From contig NW_025963868.1 in the NCBI RefSeq assembly GCF_023055435.1, forward strand, positions 25,234,001-25,298,000: a DNA stretch of 64,000 bases. The letters run 5' to 3'. Position 1 is the first letter of the stretch. Every line of letters begins with the position of its first letter. Source of the DNA: Haliotis rufescens. Its lineage: Eukaryota. Below are positions 11,260 through 23,805 of this stretch, piece by piece. Under the pieces are notes generated by a model that was given only the letters and a program-made list of their open reading frames with translations, searched no databases and was not told the origin of the DNA. The position numbers and the translations under genes were made by a program.

Positions 11260-12993
11260 TAGAAAGTAACAGTTGAGATGGACTGAATTGTCAATATCAT
11301 CACGTTGCAGTATTTGCTCAAGAAGTTGAATTTGTAGCTTAAGTTTCTTTTTTTCCATTTCCTGTTTTTTCTAGCTCTCCTGATAGAACTCTTTCCTGTA
11401 ATTGATAGACTCTTTCTGAAGAACTGAGTTTTGTACTTTCTTTTCTGTACTTGAGTTGCCTGGCTGGACGTCCGTCATCAAGTCTTGGTGCTGCTTCACT
11501 GTGCTCTGTTTCTTGAGATTTTCTGACTTCAGGACTTTGTGATGTTGGGGTTGAGGTAGTAGCTGCTGGAGTAGGATCTGAGGCACCAGTTGGCAACCCA
11601 GGATCAGCCACTGATGAAAGTTCAGCACAACCTGGAGGAATAAACAATTATCAATATAAATATTTCTGGTTTTGTCTGTATTTCTATTAGGGATTACGGC
11701 TTAAGAATACTTATATACGGATCTACTCTTGTTTTAATAATTTATGATTCAGAGAAAGACAATATACTATGAATGTTATTGGCTATTAATGTGTTGACTA
11801 ACATCAACAGAATATTCACTTCATTGCGAATTCAGGAGACCGAAATTATCTTGACTGTGTCTTTATGGCTCTGACTACTCGTTTCGTCTTAATGTGTGTA
11901 ACTGAATTATTCATTTTATTATATTTTCATTAAATTCATTTTACTACCGCTTTACAATAATTTACCTTACTGACCTTGACCTCTACATATGGAGGAGCGG
12001 AAGCGTGCTCATAAATAATCTTTGCTCACAGATGAATTTGTGAAATATAAACGTGACCAAGTCAGGTTTGTCATAAGTTTTTGGAATAGCATTAATAGCA
12101 TTACTTTACGTATCCACTGTTACAGCAGATATCCCGCTCTTGCTAAAGCAACAGGCTTTGGACTCGATGTTGACACAACAGAAGAGAAATTGCGTCACAT
12201 TCCGTCGCCTGATGGAGGTTCACGAAATTGTGTTCAACAATCTTATTTTTGTTTCTACGGTTTACAGCATCGTGGACTGGGTTGATATAATAATAATACT
12301 CGTGAATCTCACGTGAATAGTAAAAGTTCATACAAAGTTGGCTGCATTGTCCAGATATTGTAGAGATGGGAGGCAAACACTTCTTTCGAAAAAGTTCAAG
12401 GTCATGTCTAAATATAGAAAAGGGATATTCCGTGTCAACATAAACAGACGACTTTCGAAAGTATGAAAATGAGTAGGCGGCTTAGTAAAATTCCATAGAT
12501 ATACACTTATTTCAGCACAGATTGACAGGGTTTTATAAAATATGTTTCTATGAAAGCACTTACTTGGAAGAATTTCCGATTCTAAGCCCCTTGATATCCC
12601 GCTGAAACTTGCTGAATCTTGCATTATCTCAATAATTCGAGAAGTAGCCTGACTCGGTTCGGATGGTGGGGGTCCCCCTCCGGTCTTCCTCTGTTGCAGC
12701 CTGTAGTCCGTGAAGGTTTTCTTGGCCTTTCTTGTCATGTTGCTCCATTTCTCCTTCACCTCATCAACAGATCGAAGCGCTACGCCCTTCATGTTAACTG
12801 CCTTGGTGATAGCCATCCAAATAGCAGACTTCTTCTTATTGGTAACTTCACTGCTCAGTTTTCCATGAAGTACTTGTGAATTACTCTCCACCATTGACTG
12901 GATGATATTTTCTCCATCCACAGAAAAATTCCTGATTCTTTTCTTTCTTATTTTCCTTGGAGTTTCCTCAGTCGTCGACGCTGTTTCGGCCAT
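11260..12993 (-). CDS. Harbinger Myb/SANT-like DNA-binding protein; exon 1 is 12993-12564, later exons near 12030-11975 and 11631-11260; the 3' end may be frameshifted
   Basis: RIRNFS..LHGK..KKSAIWMAITKAVN..RSVDEVKEKWSNM..KTGGGP..FSGISRGLE; GT donor at 12563; C-terminal coiled coil. Confidence 0.8.
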
Positions 12994-13386
12994 TATTCGA
13001 TATGACACAGTGACGGAAGTACTAACGCTTGGAATTCTGGGATAATATTTAACCTAATCGGTGCTTTAACCAAGATGTTAAAATTTAACCGAGTGGTTAG
13101 ATAACCTAATGGTTATCTATTGATCCTGCAACAGTATTTTAACGGCTGGTTAACTAACGTGTGGTTAAATATTTAACGGTTGGTAAGGAGTTAACCTGAC
13201 GTTAAAATAACCGGGTTCAGAACAACCGGGCCCTGGCCATTACATAATCTCTATGTACTGATCAAATACTGACATAAGGTACACATACGTTCTACAGCAA
13301 TAAATAATGCACACCATCACTATAGGTCTAACTTATTGTAACTTAAACATGAAAATCTTAGCCGTTGGCTTGATATGCTTGCTTGC

Positions 13387-13615
13387 TTGGTTTGTTGTTT
13401 AACGCCGCACTCAGCTATATGACGGCGGTCTGTAAATAAATCGAGTCTTGACCAGACTATCCAGTGATTAATATCATGCGCATCGATTTACACAATTGGG
13501 ATCGATGACATGTTTCAACCAAGTCAGCGAGCCTGACCACCCGATCCCGTTAGTCACCTTTTACGGCAAGTATGGGTTGCTGAAGACCTACTCTACCCCG
13601 GAATCTTCACGGGTC
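13387..13615 (-). mobile_element. Family B retroposon
   Basis: Consensus match. Confidence 0.85.
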
Positions 13616-15618
13616 CTGCATATCTCATGCGACACAAACTAGAATCATCTGAAACAGCATGTTGAGAAGAGTTCCTCCACTTTGTCTTAAAATACCCAAT
13701 AGACTGAACCCAATTAAGGGAGTAAAAACATATTGAATACGCAAAGACCAATGTTAATGAAAACGTGAGCAAATACTCAATGGACATTATCTGGAGTCTT
13801 GCACAGAATTAGTAAAATCCTAATACTTTATTATATTTGTAAGTCAAGTTGATGCCGGATAAGTCTTATAAAATGTATGTTCTTATTCAATCTTAAAGCA
13901 ACTGCTGCAAACGTTTGGTACTCTTTTGCCTCATTGTTTTTCTATCATTGAAAAGTTTTGTTCGGATTTTCTTGTATGCAGCCTGCTTGTCCAGATGTAT
14001 CAGGCAACTTGGTCTAGACCGATCTAGGAATTCCATTATTTCCATTTTACCTGTATAAAAATCACAAAACATTGATGAATTGATTGAAGTAAAAAAGCAA
14101 AAACAAAAAACAGTATAAGCAATCTCAGAAAGAGTAAAATAAAAGTGACAGCATGGGTAAGTATCATTCTGAAATATTCTAACTATCCTTGTCAGTTTGT
14201 AAATAATCATAGACCTGACCAGGCACACCAGTGGTTGACAGCATTATAGATGTAATCTTATTTCAATCATTAATGACAAATATTAACATGTGCAAACTTA
14301 TAGACTTCGACAGTGAAATAGTTCAATTAATAGATAAAAGACATTTCAAAACATTTGTTAATAGTCATTGTATTTTTCTTCATTGGTTGAAACATATTTT
14401 CCTGCTGGAAAAATATTATGTTGCCGTCAATCTCACAATCTACCCGGTATCCCAAAAATGTATTTTATAAAGTAAAAAAATCATTTATACTTATCCTTAC
14501 TTATACCATCCTTAGTGATAAGCAAAAGTATGAGTCAGGATAAGAAAAAAATTATTATATGTTGTAATCTGCCACACTATGATGCATCAGGCTAACCTAG
14601 ATGCATGTTCAGTCCTATAGGTTTCATTTCGACTTGTGAGTTGATAGGTCAGAACAAGACAAGTACTAGTATATATAGTTTTCACTTAAGAATTGAATGC
14701 AAAATAGAGCCACCCTAGCTCACCTGAATTTTAAAGAAAACATTTGTATAATTCAAACAAAGTTTAATCTTTCTGACCATTGTGGACAGACCCTTTGATT
14801 AAAAACAAAGTTGGAAGCACTTCCGGTTTAATTTCAGCCAATCTCATGCTTGATCACAAATGAGATTAAGATAGATGGCCTCGAGCTCTGTAACATGCAC
14901 TTAAAAAAAATAGGCATATTCATCATATCATTTCAAACTTCACAAAGTGCAGGATTTTGCAGCAGTAGCAGTAAAGCTCAGACAAAACCGGAGCATGGAG
15001 CTGTTGAATGATACATACATAGGAATAAACCTTTATTAAAAGCAACTTACTGGGAAGGTACCCTTTGTTGTCTCCATTTTCTCTTCCTCTGAAAGAAAAG
15101 AAATCATCATTAAAATTCTGAATGGACGCTTCATCCGTTTTGGTCCATGTAACCGGAATGTTGATTAAGATCTTAGCATGTGGAAGTTTAATTCTTAGCT
15201 CAGCTTCCACGCAAAACATTGGTATATCCTACAAACTGAAATCACATTCAAGTGCAAGATTTTCAACCATACCATAATACGAACTAGTCACAAGTATATG
15301 TTTTTTACTTGTGTCATAGAAGGCTTTGTTCTCTTTTGGGACCAGAAATTTGATTTTCAAGGCGGTAGGGAAACATTGGCTGATTCGACTCGCCCCAAAT
15401 TGTTACTTTCCAGATGAGTATATATCGTTAATATACAGACTTAGCTAGGTATTAAAGATTTACTAGACCTGGGTTTCTGTGACAAAAAAAGACAGATTGC
15501 CCAAGGGTTAAGGTATCCCAAGGATAAGTAGAAATTAGCCCTTTTTAAGGGTTTTGCAATATATTATCATTATAAGGACTAGTGGACAAAAACTGTTAGT
15601 TTCTATCGCTGTTAATAT

Positions 15619-15924
15619 GGTTTGTTTGTTGTTTTACGCCGCACTCAGCAATATTCCAGCTATATGACGGCGGTCTGTATGTAAATAATCGAGTCTCGAC
15701 TAGACAATCCAGTGATTGATATGATGAGCATCGATCCACGCACATGATTGTTTAACGCAGCTATATGACGGCGGTCTGTAAAAAAAATCGGGTCTGGACC
15801 AGACAATCCAGTGATTAGTATCATGAGCATCGATCCCGTTAGTCGCCTTTTACGACAAGAAGTCACCTTTTACGGCAAGCATGGGTTGCTGAAGACCTAT
15901 TCTACCTGGGAATCTTCACGGGTC
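15619..15924 (-). mobile_element. Family B retroposon with internal duplication
   Basis: Consensus match; TSD CTGTTAATAT. Confidence 0.85.
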
Positions 15925-16036
15925 CTGTTAATATTGCGTTTGTTTTGCTGCATTTGTTTTGTTCTGTTAATATGGCAAAACTAATGCAAACCACTGACCG
16001 GAGGCTGCAGCTGTCTTTTGACCAACTGCACGGCCT

Positions 16037-16660
16037 TGGTTTGTTGTTTTACGCCGCACTCAGCAATATTCCAGCTATATGACGGCGGTCTGTATGTAAA
16101 TAATCGAGTCTCGACTAGACAATCCAGTGATTGATATGATGAGCAACGATCCACGCACATGATTAACGCCGCACGCAGCTATATGACGGCGGTCTGTAAA
16201 AAAAATCGAGTCTGGACCAGACAATCCAGTGATTAATATCATGAGCATCGATCCACGCAATTGGGATGGATGACATGCATCAACCAAGTAGGCGAGTCTG
16301 ACCACCCGATCCCGTTAGTCGCCTTTCACGGCAAGCATGTGCTGCTGAAGACCTATTCTACCCCGGAATCTTCACGGGTCCCACGGAAATGGGATCGATG
16401 ATATTCATCAACCAAGTCAGCCAGCCTGACCACCCGATGCCGCCTTTTACGACCAGAATAGTCACCTTTTACGGCAAGCATGGGTTGCTGAAGATCCATT
16501 CTACCCCGGATTTTCACGGTCGGGGATACGATGACATGCATCAACTAAGTCAGTAAGCCCGATTACCCGATCCCGTTAGTCGCCTCTTACGACAAGCATA
16601 GTCACCTTTTACAGAAAGTGTGGATTGCTGAAGACCTATCCTACCCCGGATCTTCCTGGG
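16037..16660 (-). mobile_element. Cluster of tandem full and partial family B copies
   Basis: Three 5' heads end at ~16380, 16521 and 16660. Confidence 0.85.
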
Positions 16661-17076
16661 TTGCTAAGTTTTACTTGACCTGGGTTTCTGTGACAAAAGT
16701 AGCAGACTGCTACCAGGAATCCTTTGCCTTCATCCCTTGTTATGAATTCCGTAAATGCAACCCAAAATGATCATGGTTACCAAACCTACTTGAAGTCAGA
16801 CAATCATAATTTGACAATCAAGTCATTATGTTGATTTATTCATAAATAACAAATTATATTACCACCTAAAACTCTGAACATCACATGCAAAAAAGTTAAG
16901 AGAAACCACAAAGCAACACATTCCCAAATAAATAAGTATACATAACTCCTACTCGGGAACTTAAGGCTACACATTACTTTTCTCTAGTATAGTTATAAGA
17001 AGGGTGTACTTTAGTACTTGGCATCATTAATGTCATTGGTACTAGCATTTACAAATAATTTGATCAGACATTTGAT

Positions 17077-17350
17077 TTGGTTGGTTGTTTTGTTGTTTAA
17101 CGCCGCACTCAGCAATAAATAATCCAGCTATATGACAGCGGTCTGTAAATAATCGAGTCTGGACCAGACAATCCAGTGATGAATATCATGAGCATCGATC
17201 CACGCAATTAGGATCGATGACATGCATCAACCAAGTCAGCGAGCCTGACCACCCGATCCCGTTAGTCGCATTTTACGACAAGCATAGTCGCCTTTTACAG
17301 CAAGCATGGGTTGCTGAAGACCTATTCTACCCCGGAATTTTTCACGGGTC
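17077..17350 (-). mobile_element. Family B retroposon
   Basis: 12-bp TSD TCAGACATTTGA. Confidence 0.9.
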
Positions 17351-18276
17351 TCAGACATTTGAATCCAAATGTATTTATTCAAGAGCTGCACATTTACCTC
17401 TCCTCTGGATCAGTTAATACTTATTTCAAGTAGGTATCATGTTGAATATTGTCATGGTAGAATGGAGCTTAGGCGCTTGTTTCAAATTATATGAGACACC
17501 TAATCAACAGTGAGACTAGCCTAAAATTTCAAAACACAGCAGGTTTACTGACTGTTCGTCAAACTGTCAATATTTAGAAGAATTTCCTATCGGTGTTTGT
17601 AAAATCATGTAATGTCCCTTGGAAACCCCTGTTACATAACTTCTTGTCAAATGTCCCCGTGGGGACCCGGGGAAGATAAACAAGAATGTGTCCTCAGTCC
17701 CCCAATGCTGGTCGTAAAAGGCGACCTAATTGGGCAGCCTGTTTGCCGTGGGCTGCGACCCTGTGTCGGCAGAGGAAGGGATTCTTGTGGTTGAGGGCGA
17801 CGGAGCCGGCAAATAGTGCTCCTTAGTCCAACACACCACTTCGACCCTAACTTTGCCTAGACGGGCGGTAGAATGGGCCCGATTCTATCAATCGGCTGGT
17901 CACGTCATGCCCTGTGCATAAAATATTTCATGCACACTTTTGATGTTAAAAAAAATAATTTAACCTAAATGTATATCATATCTAACAATCTATAAAACTT
18001 GCTTAGAGCCCTATGCCCAGAAGGCGGTGGCTCATGGGCCAATCTGGTGATGCTGACCTCCGAATTCTGTACTTCTCCAATTGATTGTCATGGGCCGAAC
18101 CAGCCTGACCTTTAATTTGGTAGAATTCTATAGCTCTTCGTGTCAAATTTGCTGGAGTATACCACCCCTTTATCCCCAGTCTTTGCAGCTTGGAAATCCG
18201 CTGCAGCATAAGACTGTCCTTGTAGACATTCCATGGTGGGTGGGGAAAAGGGGTGCCGAATCATTTTCCTTTCGAC

Positions 18277-19524
18277 ATGGCTTCCCAACACCCTGGTTCA
18301 AAACGTAGATACATAGAATCTGACAATTCACCTGACGAAAATACCACCAACCGATCTGACTATTGGCCACGTTTTTTGATTATCGAAGCTTGTGACAAAG
18401 AACCAATAAAACTAAATCCGTTTGCAATCTCCAAAGGTATCGCTGGTGCCTGCGGAAAGGTTACAAATGTCACCAAGCTTCGATCCGGTTCTCTCCTTGT
18501 GGAATGTGCACAGAGACAGCAATCCATCAATCTTCTCGGTTTGAAAGAGTTTGTAAATATCAAGGTTGCTGTCTCTGAACACAGGACACTGAACTCATGC
18601 AAGGGAATTGTCCGTGACAGGGCTCGCTGCCTGTCCGGCATGACCGAGGATGAAATAGTCAAAGAACTTGTCCAGCAGTCTGTCACAGCTGTTAAACGAT
18701 TCACTGTCAAAAAGGATGGTTTGGTTGTAGATACCAACACCTATCTCTTCACTTTCGCCCGTTCGAAGATTCCACAATCGATCAAAGCCGGTTATTGTAA
18801 CATCGGAGTGGAGGTGTATATCCCCAATCCACTCCGGTGCTACACCTGCCAAGCGTTTGGACATGGATCCAAGTCCTGCCGTGCCTCTGCTGTCTGTTAC
18901 CGCTGCGGTGACAAGCATGAGGCCACTGACTGCAGGAAGGATGTGAAGTGTTCGAACTGTGGTGGGAGCCATATGGCATCTTCCAAATCCTGCCCTGTCT
19001 GGCAACATGAATTACAGATCATGAAAATCAAGACTGAGCAAAACCTCTCCTACTATGAAGCTAAGAAGAGGGTTGCAGGTTCTACTGCAACCACTTCTTC
19101 TATCTCTCGTCCTCCTGTCACCACTGCCTCTATCGACTGCCAGACTGATCTGACATGGGTCAAGTCTGTGCAGCCACTTCCTACTGCTTCACTCGTTAAA
19201 CCAGCTGTGACACCTACGTCTGTGACTCCTAAAAAAAAAACTGTAAAAAATGTTGAGTCTCAGACTCCTAAAGCAACATCAGAATCAGAACCAGAACCAG
19301 TTAAACTGTCAAACAGGGAAAAGAAATTATTGAAAAAGAAGCAGCTGAGAGAACAGCTGCAAACACCAAAGGCCACCTCTCCTTTAGAGGTCCCAGTAGA
19401 GGTCCATAACTCCTTTGGTCCTCTGGACATGGAGGTAACTCCATCTCCTCATGATACCAATAGGAGTACCACAAAGTCTTCCTCACGTTCGCGTGACATT
19501 TCTCCCGTGGAAGCACCACCATGA
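18277..19524 (+). CDS. LINE ORF1, gag-like nucleic-acid-binding protein
   Basis: PRFLII..NPFAI..KLRSGSLLVE; YIPNPLRC; three CCHC knuckles (CYTCQAFGHGSKSC, CYRCGDKHEATDC, CSNCGGSHMASSKSC); first ATG at 18277. Confidence 0.92.
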   Translation: MASQHPGSKRRYIESDNSPDENTTNRSDYWPRFLIIEACDKEPIKLNPFAISKGIAGACGKVTNVTKLRSGSLLVECAQRQQSINLLGLKEFVNIKVAVSEHRTLNSCKGIVRDRARCLSGMTEDEIVKELVQQSVTAVKRFTVKKDGLVVDTNTYLFTFARSKIPQSIKAGYCNIGVEVYIPNPLRCYTCQAFGHGSKSCRASAVCYRCGDKHEATDCRKDVKCSNCGGSHMASSKSCPVWQHELQIMKIKTEQNLSYYEAKKRVAGSTATTSSISRPPVTTASIDCQTDLTWVKSVQPLPTASLVKPAVTPTSVTPKKKTVKNVESQTPKATSESEPEPVKLSNREKKLLKKKQLREQLQTPKATSPLEVPVEVHNSFGPLDMEVTPSPHDTNRSTTKSSSRSRDISPVEAPP

Positions 19525-22500
19525 ATCCACAAAATATAATACAATGGAATTGCAGAGGTCTTAAGAAGAATTTTAATGAAATACAACTTTTAATTCAAGA
19601 TTTTAAACCGTCAGCTTTTTGTCTCCAAGAAACATATCTAAAAAACACAGATCTATTTGATATCCGTCAGTACAGTTCTTACCACTCGTTTTCCCCTCCT
19701 GGTGATAAAGCTACAGGAGGTGCCTCTATCCTGGTGAAGCAGGGCACTATCCATGGCCCTGTTCCACTCAATACTACGCTACAAGCCGTTGCTGACCGTG
19801 TTACTTTAAACATAGTGTTTACATTATGTTCATTGTATCTTCCACCTTCCTCAACTATCCGTCAATCAGATCTTCAGACTTTGTACGATCAGCTCCCGAA
19901 GCCCTGTATCATCATGGGCGATTTAAACGGTCATAATCCCCTATGGGGGAGTACTGACATAAATAAAAAGGGAAAAGTCCTTGAAGATTTTATCTCAAAC
20001 AATGATTTATGTATCTTCAATGATGGTAATACCACATATCTTCATCCCGCCACTGGCACATACTCTGCCCTTGACCTTTCACTGACAGATTCAAATATTT
20101 TAAATGAATTCGAATGGTCTGTCCATGATGACCTTTGTGGAAGTGACCATTTTCCAACAATACTTAAAACTATAAATCCGTCTGACGAACCACCTTCAAC
20201 AAGGTGGAACTTTACAAAGGCCGATTGGTCTTTATTCCAAACACTTTGTTCTGAAAAACTAAAACCTGAAAGTTTCAGGAATGTTCCTGATCCTATACAA
20301 CTTTTTTCAGATAAATTAAATGATATTGGAGACGAAAGCATTCCTAAGTCCTCTGCAAACCCCCATATACGTAAACCATGGTTCGATAACACTTGTAAAC
20401 AAGCTAGGAAAAATAGGAAGAAAGCTGAAAAATATTTCCGACGACATCCTACCGTCCACAATTTGAATAACGTTAAAATCACGGGCGCTAAAGCGAGACG
20501 TACCTTTAAACAGAATAAACGTCAATCATGGAGGAACTATGTTTCAAAAATTAATTCCCGCACACCTATGTCCAAGGTGTGGAACATGATTCAAAAGATT
20601 AAGGGGAAAGGGTCAAAATCTGGAGTTCACCATCTCAAAGATGGTAATACACTTTTAACAACTAAATCTGAAATAGGCAACAAACTTGGTGACACTTTGG
20701 CAAATCATTCCTCATCATCAAACTATAATCCTCAATTCCAGAGGTTTCAAAAACAGCAGGAAAAGAAAACAGTAAATTTTAACTCTGATAATGGTGAGGA
20801 CTATAACGAAACATTTTCACTCAATGAATTATATACTGCCCTAGGACAATCTCATGACACTGCAGCAGGAGCAGACAACATCCACTATCAGCTCCTGAAA
20901 CACTTGCCCGATTCATGTTTGGAAACTTTACTTAATATATTTGATGAAATATGGACAACCGGAAATTTCCCTCCTTCGTGGCACAATGCTATTATAATTC
21001 CTATTCCAAAGCCTGGACGGGATCACACAGATCCATCCAACTACCGTCCAATATCATTAACTAGCTGTGTTTGCAAAACCATGGAGCGAATGGTCAACAA
21101 TCGATTAGTCTGGTACCTGGAGACCAATAACCTCCTGAGTGACATCCAGTGTGGTTTCCGAAAAAACAGAAGTACCATTGACCATTTGGTGCGTTTAGAA
21201 TCGTTTATTAAAAATTCCATTGTCAACAAACAACATACTGTATCAATCTTTTTCGATCTAGAGAAAGCATTTGATACAACGTGGAAACATGGTGTTTTAA
21301 AAGATTTGCATGAATTTGGATTGAGGGGCAGATTACCTCAGTTCATATCTAAATTTTTAAACAACAGACAATTTCACGTACGAGTGGGCTCTACCCTGTC
21401 TGATCAATTTGATCAAGACCAGGGCGTCCCTCAAGGCAGCATACTGTCAGTCACCCTTTTCAGCATCAAAATTAATAGTCTCACTAAAGTATTAAACAAT
21501 AGCGTTGATGGTTCACTTTTTGTGGATGATTTCAATATTTCTTGTCGTGGTAAGAATATGAATACAATAGAAAGACAGCTACAGCTCTGTCTTAACAAAA
21601 TTCAAAAATGGGCCAACGAAAACGGCTTCAAATTTTCTAAATCCAAAACAAACTGTATTCACTTTTGTCGTAAATACAAACCTCACAAGGATCCAGATTT
21701 ATTTTTAGATGGTACTCCTGTCAAGGTAGTAGAGGAGGCCAAATTCCTGGGCCTCATATTTGACCGTCATCTCACATTCTTACCACACATTAAATATCTC
21801 AAGGCAAAGTGCCTGAAGGCTCTCGACTTGTTAAAAGTCGTTTCAAATTCCGAGTGGGGAGGGGATCAGACCACCCTCCTTCACTTGTACAGATCGTTAA
21901 TACGCTCCAAACTGGACTATGGTTCCATTGTCTATGGTGGAGCCTGCAAAAGCAATTTAGAAAAATTGGACACTGTACACCATCAAGGCCTAAGACTCTG
22001 TCTTGGAGCTTTTAGGACCTCTCCTGTGGACAGTTTGTATGTGGAGGCCGATGAACCTTCACTCGAACTGCGCCGCATTAAACTTTCACTGCAATATATC
22101 ACTAAATTGCACTCAAATAAATCTAATCCAGCATACAATTGTGTGTTCCACCCTCAATATGAAAACCTGTTTCAAAATCTCTCAAACCTGGTTCCACCAC
22201 TTGGAATCAGAATTCAAACACACATCACTACAGCTAAATTGGATTTAAATATTATTTCACCTCACCGTCTTCTCCTCCCTGGCAGATGGTGAAGCCAGAA
22301 GTAGACCTCACTCTAACCAATCTAAAAAAGTCGGATACCAATCCTTTGGTATATCAACAATCATATAACCAATTACGCTCCAAATATAATTCTCACAGGT
22401 CCATTTTTACAGACGGGTCCAAGGATGGTGGCAAAGTTGCAAGTGCCACCGTCATTGGATCCAGAACTGTCTCCTCAAGAATATCTTTACAGCTTTGACC

Positions 22501-23166
22501 TATATCAAACATCAAAACCAATCCAAAAATTTCATCATTTTCTCCGATTCATTATCATGCCTTCAGGCACTTAAAAGTATCTCCTCAAATCATCCTATAA
22601 TCCTTGACATTTTAGAACTCTATAATGATCTTTCTACTGGCCAATGTGACATCGTCTTTTGCTGGTTACCAAGTCATGTAGGCATAACAGGTAACTCAAA
22701 AGCCGATACTGCAGCTAAAGCAGCTCTTGAAAAACCGTTGTCTCCACTCTTTATCCCGTACAGTGATTTCAAACCAACCATCAAATCTTATACTCGGGAT
22801 CTCATGCAAAAGAGGTGGGACACCCAAGTAGGAAGCAATAAACTACACGAATTGAAACCAACAATCGGTCATAACTACTTGGGTTGTCAGTCAAGACATG
22901 ACGAGATCGTTTTACGACGGTGTCGTATTGGCCACAGTCGGTTTACACACGAATATCTGCTGAAGACAGATGAGGACGAACCTCCTAAGTGTATCCCTTG
23001 CGATGAAAGGTTCACCGTCAAGCATATATTGCTTGACTGTGTGGACTTTGCAATCGCAAGGGATTCACATTATCAAAGTGTAAATCTAAAAGATCTCTTT
23101 TCCCGTGTCAACGGGCATCTCATCATAAATTACTTGAAAGAAATTGGTCTTTATAATAAATTTTAA
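19521..23166 (+). pseudogene. LINE ORF2 (APE endonuclease, RT, RNase H, CCHC), broken by a frameshift near 22280 and a deletion in RNase H near 22480
   Basis: IIQWNCRG, GDLNGH, SDHFP; YRPISLTS, DLEKAFD, GVPQGS, FVDD; IFTDGSK, SDSLS, WLPSHVGITGN..AD; CIPC..H..C; the conserved FxAELxAI segment is missing. Confidence 0.9.
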
Positions 23167-23805
23167 ATATGTATGTGAATAATTAAATGCTTGTTTTTAA
23201 ATTTGGTGTAATGCTATTAGCAACTGACATTATTAAAGGCTCTGTCCATTAATTGTCATCAATTGTTTTTAAATATGACATTGTATAAATAACTAAATTG
23301 TGTATATATTAGCTTGGTCTCGTCGCTCTATGGCTGAAATAATGCCGATGCGACGTTAAATTTTAACTCACTCACTCTTGTCAAATGATGTCTTAGAAAA
23401 AGTTACCATTATCCATGGCATTCAACATCTTGCCCATTACTGACACCTCCCGTATTCCAATTGGGCACTGATAGTTCTCCTTGTTGTTATGGGCTTCATA
23501 TGGCCCATGCGGTCCAGGAAGGCTTTCTGGTCTGTGGGGCTCATGTCCAGGCTTGCATAATATGTCGAAACTCGGTGGCGATTACGGGTGGCATTCCCCC
23601 ACACTCATGCTTGTATAAATACATCTCTCACTGACTGCCGGCCAGAGCAATGGCTAGAAGAACCTTTTGTTGCAAAAAGGAAGACGTTGGTGTCTCGGAT
23701 CCCATTTTCTTGTCTTCCTTTAAGCAGTATTTGTGTAGCAGGGATAATGTCCTCTGGTATAAGTACTGGTACCAGTTTTCTACCCTTGCCTTATAAAAAA
23801 AGGAT

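Larger units (their letters stand above)
9161..13232. mobile_element. PIF/Harbinger element 2, full length with TIRs and 3-bp TSD
   Basis: CTG|GGCCCGGTTGTTCAGAACCCGGTTA ... TAACCGGGTTCAGAACAACCGGGCC|CTG; subterminal TTAAC/GTTAA repeats; convergent transposase and Myb/SANT genes. Confidence 0.95.
17654..23375 (+). mobile_element. Full-length I-group (Nimb-like) non-LTR retrotransposon
   Basis: 12-bp TSD TCTTGTCAAATG at 17642-17653 and 23376-23387; 5' UTR, ORF1, ORF2 and (ACTC)n tail. Confidence 0.93.

Noticed and set aside
17654-17740. Canonical HDV-like ribozyme call for the LINE 5' end
   Set aside because: I could not place P3, L3 or P1.1 in HDV order, so it is kept only as an unclassified structured motif
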